A DNA stretch of 63,048 nt, counting the filler, from Vannella sp. (lineage: Eukaryota), in the NCBI GenBank assembly GCA_023345925.1. It is 8 parts of 8 records of this genome, joined end to end, with 100 filler letters (N's around TTAATTAATTAA, not from the genome) between each part and the next. Parts side by side here need not be neighbours in the genome. Positions count along the whole stretch, not along the records: positions 23,649 to 30,458 come from JAJQQN010000371.1; positions 30,559 to 37,710 come from JAJQQN010001353.1; 6 more parts are not named here. One strand, given 5' to 3'. How positions within the stretch are numbered: position 1 is the first letter of the stretch; each line of letters starts with the position of its first letter. Positions 23,649 through 35,668 of this stretch are shown in pieces. The notes under the pieces are model-generated. The model worked only from the letters and a program-made list of their open reading frames with translations. It was not told the origin of the DNA and ran no database searches. Made by a program: the position numbers and the translations under genes.

Positions 23649-23731
23649 CTTCAGGTGTTGAGAAGGAGTCACGGGCTCCGACGAGCTGTGGACGAAAAGA
23701 GGCTCCTTTCCCCTCAAGCCATGAAATCCCT

Positions 23732-23815
23732 CAGCGGACGTGGTTTAGGGCCGTGAACTCTCTCAAGCGAGGAAAAGTGACCCTCTTAAAATCATCATTC
23801 GCATTGGTGCCAGTA
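23732..23815. mobile_element. Fragment of the foldback/MITE family (terminal arm plus internal piece)
   Basis: CAGCGGACGTGGTTTAGGGCCGTGAACTCTCTC is nearly the reverse complement of 14244-14277. It is followed by GGAAAAGTGACCCTCTTAAAA, which matches 14389-14409. Confidence 0.7.
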
Positions 23816-23882
23816 TCTATTTTTCGTTTGCCATTTCATAAACTCGAAAATGAGCTGTTTTGGGTCACTTCACTGTGGCGGG

Positions 23883-26800
23883 ATGAGCCAGGACTCTCCA
23901 CCCCCCAATCCGTCCTTGGTGCATTCACTGAACAAGACTCTGTCAACAGAGGACTTTAACCTGCGTCCCACGAGAGGCGCTGCGACAGCACGTGCTCGAA
24001 TGGGGCAAAGGGCGTCCACTAGTGTTACAGCCTTTCCTCCTCCTCCTCCGCGGGCACTCACACTCACACCGAGAGCGCGGGGCGTTTCACCAAGAGATCC
24101 TCTCGTTGTCCCTGCGTCACAGCTGCGGACGGACTTTCCCCGTCCGGACGTCTCTCCTCGGTACATGCCGAACATCGTATCCCCTCGTAAGCCCCATCCG
24201 CCCCCAGCGCGTACAGAAGCAGGGGGAGCAACGATGCAGTCAATTACGCCTCGTGTCGCGCCTGTGGTGCCTCCACGCTACCCTGTCCCCAACTTCTCGG
24301 TCGTCGACCAAGCTCCCTCGAACAAGGACAAGTCCTCCCTCGTCCTGCGCAACCAGGAAGAGGACTTTTATCGGTCAGTACGACAGCTCACAGAGTATCC
24401 TATCCCTGCATCAGCAAGGAACTCCATCCGAGTGTTCCAGCTGGAAGGAATGGAAAGTGTCGAGTGGGGAACCTTCGAGGACAAGTTCGCCCAGGCTGCT
24501 CAGGACCATCCAGAGGAGCTCAAAGATCTCTTCGACCTAGAGTCGTATGATTTTGAGGTCACCACACGCAAGCGAGTGGTGGATGCGGAGCACGAGCAGT
24601 TTCTGAGTAACTTACTCCAAGAGGAGCGCCTCAACTCCTTCTCACGAGAGTGCGTTCTGTGTTTCTTACAAGACTGGAGGATTGTCAAAGGCTCAATCTT
24701 TGACCACAGCCTGGACAAGGGCTCGGGAGGTGTACGACGAGTCGCCACGGTCAATGTGGACAAAAGCAAGGTAGCGCCTTCTCCCCGTCGTCCTCTTGAG
24801 GAAGAAAGTGTTCCTATACAACGAGATGATGATGATTCTGAGACAGAGTCTGCCATTGACCCTCACATCTTCAATCAGTCCACCGACGAAGCTATCGCCT
24901 CCATCAAGTCCACTATGGAGGTCTGTCTTCGCGCTTCTCATCACTTCTAACCTTTATACTAACATGTCTCATCCACAGACTCAACTGCCAAAGCACCTCT
25001 TCAAGGGACTCCACGAGGACGTCGGCGAGATTGAGGGAGGGCCCGAAGCCATCTCTAGCGCTTACCTTGAGAGTGCAGTCCCATTCAACTTGATCTCGTA
25101 GGCATCTAATACGCAAACGTGACGTTAGACTGACTCACGGGCTGGTAGAACGAACCGATTGGGCATTCACTGCGAGAACCTTTGCTTCTTGGCTGGTGTA
25201 GAGGAACCCTTCTATGGCATGGTGGCTCTCTATGATGTTAAGAACCGGCAACGGTTAACAGAGAACTTCTACTTCGACCACAACGACGGGGAGCTTCACA
25301 AACTCTTCAAAAAGGGAAGCAGCATCTTCTGCGCTGCCAACCGCTGCCTTGTGGCCTTGGGAGCACACACAAGAGGGAGCACCTTCTTGGTGATCCGTGT
25401 GGACAAGCTCATGAGCAGCGACATTGAAAAGGACTTTTCTCGCTATCAGAAGCGCCCGCAGAGCAAAAAGGCCAATGCAGAGTTGCCAGTTGCTCAATGG
25501 ACTGAAATGGGGTTCATTCGGCAGCCGTTTGTGTGGGCTGCTGTCCCACTCTATGATGAATCACTCAAGCTTGTCCAAGGCACTGTGCTTGTTGACGAAT
25601 TCATGCCCATTCGGACTATTTGGACGTCGGACTTTATCTTTGATCAGTTGAATAACCCCGAACAGATGAAGGTACGTCATAGCCATCTTTGTGGGTTCCC
25701 TCACTCACCCCTTTGGCTGTGTAGAAGATCAAAACCATCCCAGGAGCACTCACACTTGTGCTCGAGTCGTTTGATGATCTCCCGCCCATGACAGTGGACA
25801 CCTCATTGAACTTTGTAACTCCCTCGAAGGGCGCTTGCAAGATGTACAAAGAATTGGAATGGTTTGGCGTACAAGGGCATCCATTCCTCTCATATGTCAA
25901 CAACTTGTACGTTTATCCCACGTCGGTGGTCATCCGGCACCACCATCCCAATATCCGAGTCAAAGTAGAGCTGTTCGAAGACGACGATTTCCCAAACAGC
26001 AAATCTCTGGGGGCAATCTATACACAGTGGGGGTCGACCCCCTTTTGCAGAGAAGCCTTCACAGTCATCTGCCCAAAGGAGAAGCGCCCCCTCTTTGCTG
26101 ATGAAATCAAAATGCAGCTGCCTGGCGTTCTCACGGAGAAGCACCATCTCTTCTTTACTGTTCTGAACAGTCCCAACGACGAGGTACTTGGCTATGCCTA
26201 TTACCCTATCTTCGCAAGTACCCACGGCATCATCAAGAACGCTCTCCGCACCATTGTCATTGAGCCGACTCTTGCGGCAGGGTACATGGCAAAGGAAATA
26301 GAGCCCGTAAAGATCTCCGAGACCAAGAAGCCCTACTTAACCTTCAGCACCTCGATCATCTCGAGTATCTATCCAGAGAGCAATGCGCTCTACAGTCTCT
26401 CGCATGTCCTTCATAAGGATGGAAGTGTTAATTATGATGGCAATCCCGAGCGGGTGCTACAAGTGATCCAGCGGTTGCCGCATGCTTTATCTTTGGCGTT
26501 CTTCCCAGCTATTCTCAACTGCCTCTTCAAGTTGTTGGCCAGTGGAGATCCAGAGCTGATACCAAATGCCTTTATCGGGGCCATCTCAGTGCTAACCAAA
26601 GTCACACAATCCTCTAACGAGAAGAGCACTAAGTGTAACTCCATGTTACTCTCTTACTCTCGCTTTCTCTTTGACCCTCCTCAATCCTCGCCTTCCCCCC
26701 TCCATGAGGTGCTTGTGCGTTCTTGGACTGATTTTTTGGATAACGAAAGGCCAGAAGTAAAGAATCTGGGTCAGGGGGAGATCTGGATACTGCTCAACAT

Positions 26801-29800
26801 CATTATCAAGTCTGCTATCATGACACTATGCAAGAATGGGCCTCCTTCAAAGGATGCCCGGCTGACCTCGTTCTCCCCAACATTTGCTAATAATCTGGAG
26901 CAGCTTGTCTTGTCTCTCTTCTGTGTGAAGACAGATATCATGAATATGGATGTGCTCACCATGGTTCCCCTACTCATGAAGGATCTCCTGGGGATAATCG
27001 ATCGCGGGGTGGCGTTCGAGATGATCTTTGGCTACGTTTGCTGGCTTAATGCTGAGAACCAGTCCAGTGACTTGTTACTGGCCACTGTCAAGTTCACATT
27101 CATCAAGATCATCTGTGATTACAAGTATTACATCCCCCTCAACCTTCCTACTGAGGTCTCCATCACCAGTAAGAATGCCAACGAGGTGGTCCAGCAGTTC
27201 TGGCGAGAGCACTTCTTTACTGGTCTGATTGTCCGGGAGGTACGAGCGGGACTTCTCCAAAAGCAGAGGGTACGAGAGCAGTCTATTGCCCTCCTTAAGG
27301 AGCTACTGCGTTCACATGATGTAGATCCCAGGTACTCTGGCTCAGTAATGAAGAAGAGGATAGTGGGCCTATATTTCCCATTCGTCATCACTGCAATCGA
27401 GTTCCACCAAGTCTTTGAGGACTATTTGGAGCCTGAAGAGAAGGCCAATTGGCTACTTTGCTTCCTCTTTATAGCAAGCAAATGTGAGCGAGATTTGGTC
27501 CATCAATGGTGGGCTTCTTGCGACGCTGACCGAAACGCTCACTTCTTCAAAATTCTTGCTATGGCAACGGAAACCTTCCGCAATGACTCGCTCTATAATG
27601 CTGTGTGCTTCTTTGTGGTTGACCTGGTGTTGGACTACACTACTCGCTTCCAAGAGAGCCTTTTGGAGCCCGACAATGTTATTCTAGCTCAGGTCTTCCT
27701 TGTCTTGCAGAAACTTCAACACAATCAAAGCGTAGCCTTCATTATTGCTTTGTATAACCTTCTGGCAGCTATTTGCAAGATGTATTCTCATCCTATCTTC
27801 TGCCAGCCTCGCTCGTCCTACTGCGGAAGTATCACTTACCAGGTTCTCTTCCACTGCAACTCTGCCAAGGCGTCTGTGCGCAACAAGGCGTGCAGCCTCT
27901 TCTACTACCTCTTGAAGAAGAACTACGAAGAGACCGGCGATGTAAATCGTATGAAACTCCAGTCGACCATCTCCCTCTGCCGACTCCTTTCAGGGGATGT
28001 CAAAGTCAAGGAGTATTCTCACTTGCGCGTTTCTCTTGATGTGCTCTCTAACTACATCAAAGAGGAAGAGAATGAAGTACTACGGGCGATGATTGAGAAA
28101 GCCATCCACCAAATCTCCCGCCTTCTCCGCTTTAATGAGCAACTGGCTGAGAATGACCAGAACCCTCCTGTAGTCGCTGAGCTTCTTATGAAGATAGCCG
28201 AGAGTTACGCTCACGCTCCTAACCTTCGCATGACATGGCTAGAAGCCCTTGCCAAGCGCCATGCCGACGTAAGATACCTTCCGTTCCTTCTTCTTTCACC
28301 GTCCGCTCACCCACTCCATGTAGGAGAGATCGTGGACTGAAGCAGCGCTTGTCCATGCTCAATTAGCATGCATCCACGTTGAGTATCTACTCCGTGTACG
28401 AGGGGGCTTCCCAGTGGACTTTTATGCCTTCAGAAGGATCTTCCCTGATTGCGCGATGAACACCATTCCAGAGGGAAGTACTTTCTCTGAGGAAGAGTTC
28501 ACTTCAAGCAACGCATGCACTATTATTATGCACATTAAGAAGGCCCTAGAGTTTACCAAACAGGTCAGACAGCTCCTTTCCTCTCCTTTCGCATAGAATC
28601 AGGTTTAACTGGGAGTCAAGGCCGCTCAACATGAAGTGAGCCTGATTCTTTTCTCCATGCTGACTCAGATCTACGCGGCACATCAAATGCTGGGCGAGCT
28701 GACAGACTGCCTGAATAGCTACAACATGGCCACTTCTACCCTTGTGGAGGCGGTGAGTGGTCCCTATTCCTATTTAGGGCTGCAATCCTGACTGTCCTCT
28801 CCAGAACAAGGACACTCGATTATTCGCTACTTATTTCCGAGTGGCCTTCTTTGGAAAGCTGTATGGCGAAGAGAATGGGCGCGAGTTTGTCTATAGAATG
28901 GAGGCAAAAGAGAACTTGATGACGGTCCAGCAGTACCTCAAGGGCATTATTATCAGGACTTACCACACGGAAGAAGACAAAATTGAGCTTTTGGGGAACC
29001 AAGTGATTGATGTGAGCACACTGGATCCGACTTTTTTCTACATTCAAGTGGCAATGGTTCATCCCTACTCTGGCGAGGATGGAGAGAAACTGACACCCTT
29101 TGAAAGCCACTTTGGCGTCAGTACGTTGTTACTATGTGCTAGATAGCGCAATGTCCACTTACCACTCCCTCTTTAGGCCGTTTCCTCTTTGAGTCATCCT
29201 TTGGGAAGGGCGACCAACAGTGTAAGAAGAAGACCATCTTTACAGTGGCCCACAGATTCCCTTTCATCACGAACCGGCTGGAAATCATCTCCAGTGAAGA
29301 GGTAAGCCTTTGTACAGGGATGAATCTACAAGAAGAGTACTGATAGTGCACCTTACAGATCATTCTGAGCCCTCTGGAGAGCGCTGTGGATCTCATTCGT
29401 GACCGAGTGGCCCGGTTTAAGGCTGAGCTGAATGTTGGATCTCACCACGACGTGCGAATCAACCAACTCCAACAGCTATTACAAGGCAGCGTTGTCCCAA
29501 GTGAGCAGTACCTCGTCTTGTGCCCTACCCGCCGGAGTTTGCTCACAAAAAGGGGTTTAGTGGTTCATGAGGGCCCTTTGAAGATCTGCGAGACGTACTT
29601 GAAGAAGGAAGAACGCTCGAAATACCCAACAAAAACAGTCATGGAGCTTGAGGAAGCCATGGGAGAGTTCATCAAGCTGTGCGGCTTTGGAGTGAAGCTT
29701 GTTAACCAAGTTATCGAACTTCGAAGCCTCACCGAGTACAAACAGTTCCAGACCATGATCGAGCAACATTACCAGATTATGCGAGACAAGCTGAAGACCT

Positions 29801-29814
29801 ACATGACTGAATAG
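23883..29814 (+). CDS. DOCK-C/D (Zizimin-type) Rho GEF with DHR1 and DHR2, multi-exon
   Basis: EPFYGMVALYD...RLTENFYFD, YVNNLYVYP, DEIKMQLP..LTEKHHLFFT, PNLRMTWLEALA, YFRVAFFG, LQQLLQGSVVPMVHEGP. Pro-rich N-terminus. Confidence 0.93.
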
Positions 29815-30458
29815 GTCAACTAACCAATGCCAATGTACCTTCCACTCTCTTCATCTTCTCTCTTCACTGGGGAATGGAGAATGGGGAATGGGACAACCAA
29901 AGGACGAGAGTCATTTTCTAGGGCACCTTGAGGCGCCTCACGCTTTCCCTTAATCGTTGGGAGTTCTACCCTTTACCTTCACCATTAGTGTGTGCCCTGT
30001 GCAGAGGTCTCATCCAAGAGCAGAACGGCGAGTCTAGCGCAAAGGGCGTGGCGTCCCTTTGACGACGTGATTAAGTCGTCAAGTAGGTCTCTTACTTTGT
30101 CATTAGGGTTTCCCCAATCATCGTTCATGACAAAGCTATCACCCAAAAAGTGACTTTTCCCCTGAGTCAGGATTCTCTACTTCATTGTTAAGTTATCGGT
30201 CAAATCATCGAGTAAATTATCAACCCGGAAAAGTGATCACAAGTCTTTGGAGTCTCCCACCCATGATCTGGCCAGGATCTTGGACTCTCGTGCTTCCTTT
30301 TTCCTAAAAGTGAGCAAGTTCGATGCTGGCTTATCTCTCTACCTTGAAACCGTAACTATCTACAATGACTTAGACTTCAAATCGTTGCTTTGGGGGAAAA
30401 AACAAAATTTAAAGCAAAACCCGGGTTGTCGTTTTCATGCAGTGCATGAAAATTGTTC

Positions 30459-30558
30459 NNNNNNNNNNNNNNNNNNNNNNNNNNNNNNNNNNNNNNNNNN
30501 NNTTAATTAATTAANNNNNNNNNNNNNNNNNNNNNNNNNNNNNNNNNNNNNNNNNNNN
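30459..30558. other. Artificial contig spacer
   Basis: N44-TTAATTAATTAA-N44. Confidence 0.99.
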
Positions 30559-32437
30559 GGGCAAATCTCATTTCGTGATGATCGCTACAAATGGTGAGGA
30601 GCTGATACGAGAAGCTGGTGGAGAGAGTTTTCTTGTTGAAAGGGACTCAGCAAATGCGAGACTTATCCAGCGATTGAAGTCAGCAGTTGGATTGGCAGTG
30701 ACTTTCAACTTTGGGCAAGAGATTAGGGAAGAAGAGTTAGCAGCAAACAGGAGCGAATCGAATGTGTTGAGTTATCGGATTCTTTGCAACTACTTCTACG
30801 GACTTTCTGATGGCATCCTTAAAGCCTTCATCAAACATCTCATCCACACGGAAATCACAATCCAGCAGGCGCTTCTAATTATACTCTACGATATGGACCA
30901 GCAAGAGCCAGGAAGAGATCTAATCTTAGCAATTGATGAAACTATTCGCTTGGAGAGATGCGGATCAAAGGATCTCTTCCGCTCGACAATCACCAATTTG
31001 ATTCTTGACGAAGGTTTACCATTGTCGAGAGTGCATCTCTTGATTACTGCCCTTCCTCCCCTCTCACCACCAACCTCATTGATGATCGGAGAAAAGTGGC
31101 TCAGTAATCGCGATGGCCCAGAACCACATGATGACTTTCGACTGCTTCTCAACGATTCCGCTGGTGTTCCTCGAGTTGTTCATGCGTGTTACGAAGCTTT
31201 CATGAAACATCCATTTGCGATGTACAACGGACTATTGGAGTACACCGCAGATAAGCTACAAGCATTTTACCCAACTGCGCACAAATTGGATAATCTCGGA
31301 GGAGCTCTGCACCTCCCGTTCCTGGTTCACCATTTCTTGACCGAGAGAAATGTCCATGCTGCCCAGAACTTGTTCGATACTCTTCAAACGCAGGGATTAG
31401 TGTTTGATCTGAAGGGAGAGAAGAAAAGGGTTGAGGAGCGCCTGGATTATCGAAGTATGGGAATTCCTCCACTCCTATTCTACACTTGGCATAGAGATGT
31501 CGACAAGACCTCAACCAATTTTGCCATGCTCGATTCTCTTCGGCGCTTCTTCTATAGTGGCTTTCTTGGTGGAGGTACATTACAATTTACTGGAAAAGAT
31601 CATGAATGTCAGATGTTCGAGCTTTGGCAAATTCTCAGTCTCGTCGAGGAGTATGCTCACAATAATCTCTTTGACTTATTGGAGGATCATTTAGGATCCT
31701 TTACTTCAATCCGCTCGAGTAGGGGCTCAATCACGAAGGATTCATTCAAGGAAAGAACAATTGCAAGTTTGTGGAGTCTTCCAACTGGCTCCTTCCACGC
31801 TACTGGAGTTTGCACCACGCCCCTTTTGCGTCCTAGTCAGAAGCCTCATTACAAAAGAGGTGTGATTCCCTTCAAAACGAAAGAGGACATGAAGAAGAAA
31901 GAGATCCAAAAACAAGCAGATAGCAAGGAGAGCCTTAACAGGATGCAAGATTCCCAATCTGGTTTTGCTTTTGAAGTGGGCGATTTGCTTGTCCCTGAAA
32001 ATGATTCATTTGCTGGTTTTGATGTGCTTCTTGTTGATCAAGACCTTAGTGATCCACCAAAGACCATCTTGACAGCTCATGAGATCAAATTCACAGACGT
32101 TGACGTCAACAACGAAGTCGGAATCCCGCATATCGTCAAGAAGTTTGTTGACACGGTCTCACTTTATCCACACCTTACGGAGGCCTTTTTGGAAGGTCGC
32201 CTCTGTTTCATCTTTGGGAGCATGCGAGCGTTTGCAAAAGGTGTGACATTGGATAGCGTTGCGGATGGGATCTTCTCGTCTATCAAGAGAAGACCGGGAT
32301 TCGAAAAGGTAAAAGCAACCGAACTTCGGCAAATCGTGTTGAATTGCCTTGTCATTCTCGAACGCGCCCACACTCTCACAGTCATGAGCTGCAGCTTATC
32401 TTCTCGACCACAATACGCGACACTTGATAAAGAATAA
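30559..32437 (+). CDS. Crinkler/RHS-type effector: P-loop NTPase plus C-terminal PD-(D/E)xK (REase-fold) domain; intronless, 5' truncated
   Basis: AVTFNFG, YRILCNYF, Walker-B-like LILAIDE, sensor-like DSAGVPRVV, and C-terminal NDSFAGFDVLL...AHEIKFT (D...ExK). No Walker A is visible, presumably lost past the contig edge. Confidence 0.62.
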
Positions 32438-33380
32438 AGTCCTTTTCGTAGAGGCCTCGCTCAATAGTCGACGTCCAAGAACAACACTAAAGTGTGCACG
32501 GAAAAGCTTGCAAGTGGACTGGTCCAGAGAGTGAGCCATCTCAGCTGCTCGGTAAGACAAAACAGCTGATGGAAGTGTAATAAAAGAAGAACCGGTGCAA
32601 ATGACAATTCGCTGGCACTGGAGCTGCTGAGTCCGATGAAGCATTGCTTTTAAGTCGGAACCGCTCTTCTCTTGGACCATCCAAGGCCAAGGCGTGGAGG
32701 ATCCCCTCCGCCAAGAGTGGATTTTGAGTATTGTGCTTTTGTCTATTTTCGGCATTGTCGTCTTCGCTTATCTTCTGACTCTCTTGTTGCTCTGCCCAAG
32801 TTGAGTAAAGTGGCAACTCCAACCAAGAAGGGAAATAAGAAGAAGACCCAATAGACGGGCATTCCTTGCCCATTTGCGCGTTTTCGCCTATTCCAGTCCA
32901 CATTCAAAGTGAACTTGATCGATTAACCCTTTCAAAGGTCCTTAACGCTATGGAAGGAGCAAAAAGAGGTCAAAAGGGAAGAAGCCAATGCCTCGATGGT
33001 GTCCCGTGCGAAAGAAAGTTCTCCCGAGTTGATGATTACTTGGCAAGGAAGAACAGAACACTCCTCCATCAGTCGAAACAGTGAGAAGTTGGCCTTCTGT
33101 AGGATCTCCGCTTTCTTCTCTGCCAGCCACTCCGTCTCCCGTTCCTGTGCTGCGCTCTTCTCTGCCTTCCACTTAGTCTTCATTTCCTGTGCTGTCTCCT
33201 ACTCTACCTGCGACTCAGTCTTCTTTCTCTGTGCTGCGCCCCTCTCGAGAGGTGGCAGTGTGCCGAAGCAGGATTTCTCCACTCGAACTCCTTCATTGCC
33301 AAGTGATTCACACATCCACTTCACATATATCATCCTTCTCTGGCTCTGTCAACGCTCTCAGCGCTTCATAAGCCCTCCAT
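32396..33380 (-). pseudogene. Decayed coding remnant (coiled-coil-rich, unknown family)
   Basis: Protein-like fragments MEGYEALRALTEPEKDD / KWMCESLG...SQVE*ETAQEMKTKWKAEK...EILQKAN continue in shifting frames with in-frame stops and no clean splice solution. Confidence 0.35.
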
Positions 33381-33487
33381 GCATCCTCCAAAAGCCACAA
33401 CAAGCAAATGAAGCTCCACCAACCGCTCTAAGGTTCCCGCCAACTTCAAAACCTCAAGAATGACTCTTTTCTTGATCGCCCTTCCGA

Positions 33488-35595
33488 ATGGACGCCAAAG
33501 CACTGGCAGAGGAGGTGAAAGCGTCTATCTTGAACGTGAACAACTTGCAGGCTTTGTGCGAGCTGTGTGAGGCTGGGGAGGAGGAGGAAGTACAGTTCGT
33601 GGCGTTGAAAGAGACCTACCAAGCGCTGGAGCACCTTATCCACACGCAGATCCAGTACCGCGCTGCGTTTGTGTTCAAAAGGGAGGTTTCTCAGGTTGGG
33701 GAGGCTTCCTCTTCGTCAAAGAAGAGTAAGAAGAGTGCGGAGGATGAAGGAGATGCTCAGATCATCGACTTTCTGCACGCCAAGTACGCAGACTTCATCG
33801 AGATCCTTCTCCAAAGTCATCTGGGAAGTCGAAAGTCATCCTTACAGGTACGAGCGTCTGCTGGTTGCTCTCACCAGCTCTGATCTTTGTTCAGATACCT
33901 GCTTTGAAGATGATCATGCGGTTCCTTCAGCTGGAGAGCTCCACCGGGCGAAAACTGTTCAACAGGACGAAGGAGGGTATGTTTGAGCTTCTGTAGAGAC
34001 GAAGAAGGCTGATCAGGGGTAGATCCTACCACACTGGTTCCTCTTTTCAAGAGTACGATGGACTTTGTCGACGAGATCGTGTCTGCTCTCCTCCGAGGAG
34101 GTGCAAACGAGGAAGAGAAGGTCTCAGGCCTTCTTCTGATGTCCTCTCCGGCGCTCCTCAGTGCTGTGAAGGACACCCTTCACAAGTATGATGATCTAAG
34201 GTTCTACCTGCTCTTGAGTGTCAGCAAAGAGTGCCAAAAGCAGCAAACGGCTTCGGGCAACAGTGAAGAGACCGAGCGCTTCGTTCTGAACGCTTTCCAG
34301 CTGCTTCACAAGTTACCGCATCCAGAAGTACTGGAGAGGTTCTACTTGTATACTCCCCAGGACCTTCCCAGCCTCATGCAGCCAAAGAAGAAGGAGCCCA
34401 AGTCGTTCTCTGACTTGTACCAAGCAGGGACCAAACGGAAGCGCTCTCAAGCTCAATCAGAGGATGCAGATGAAGTTCTAGCACAGCTTCGCCGGGTGTT
34501 CGTTCGCAAAGAGCACCGGAAAGCATTCGAAGCGGCTTGGAAAGAGCTTCTGAGACTCCCTCTCAGCCCTCTCGTCTATAAGCAGATCCTATTGGATATG
34601 CCTCAACACGTACTTCCTTACTTTGCCAAACCAGAGCTGTACAGTGACTTCTTCACAGATGCATACGAGATGGGGGGAATGAGCAGCATCTTGGCGCTCC
34701 AGGGCATCTTTGTGTTGGTCACCAAGTACAACTTGGAGTACAAAGACTTCTACAAGAAGCTCTACGCCCTTCTGCAGCCCTCCATCTTCCTTGTCAAGTA
34801 CAGCGGACGATTCTTTGAGTTGTGCCGCGTTTTCTTCTCCTCTGCATACCTGCCAGAGTACTTGTGCGCTGCATTCGCCAAGAGACTTGTCCGCCTAGGT
34901 TTGAAGGCACCAGCCCCAACCTACTTCCCCGTACTCCCGCTCGTGCACAACATTCTGAGGGGACATTCCGAACTGACAAGCTTGTTGCATCGAGTACCAC
35001 GTAAGAGAGACGCCCATCGGCCTTGGAAACGAGTCTGGAGTGAACCTAACGGGTTTGGGTGAAGAACTGAGCAAAGACAGCGTCTTGATGGTCAGAGACA
35101 CTTCCACCCGGAACCAAGGTGCAGACCCCTTTGATATGGCAGAAGAAGACCCAGCTAAGAGTAGAGCACAAGATAGCTCACTCTGGGAGTTGCGGGTGAG
35201 TTCCAGCGCCTTTCTTCCAACAGAATTGAAATTCACTTTTGGGTGTAGGCTCTACGGGAGCATTATTACCCCGCTGTTAGCCGATTCTGCAAGTCCTTTG
35301 ACAAGCCTATCGACCCACAAAAGGAACCCTACGAAGTGAAAGACTTTCTCCACCAAAACTACGAAACGGTACGATTCCATTCACTCTCCCTTCCCCTCCT
35401 CCTCTATCCCTCCCCTCCTCTTGTCCCTCTTCCCTCCATTCTCTTCTTTCAACCCTCCTCTAACCAAGTCAAAAGGAGTTCAAATCCCAAATCACTCGAG
35501 GAAGGGGCAAAGCGGTGCCGTTGACCTTCACTTCGTCAGGTCACTTTGTTTCGCCCTCTGAGCAGGAAACTCATTTCCCTTGTTGGGACCTTTAA
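33488..35595 (+). CDS. NOC4L: Nucleolar complex protein 4 (CBF/Mak21 domain)
   Basis: YDDLRFY, DFFTDAYEMGG..SILALQGIF.L..KYNLEY..FYKKLY.LL, LPEYLCAAFAKRL, DPF...EEDP.KSRA..SSLWEL. Confidence 0.93.
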
Positions 35596-35668
35596 ATGCC
35601 TTTCTGCTGGTTTGTTGGGTGGAGGGGAAATGGGGCGATTTGGGTAATTGTTTGGTGTCCGGCTGGGG

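Noticed and set aside
35379..35461. Pyrimidine-rich CCT/CCTC tract
   Set aside because: Low-complexity sequence inside the last NOC4L intron.
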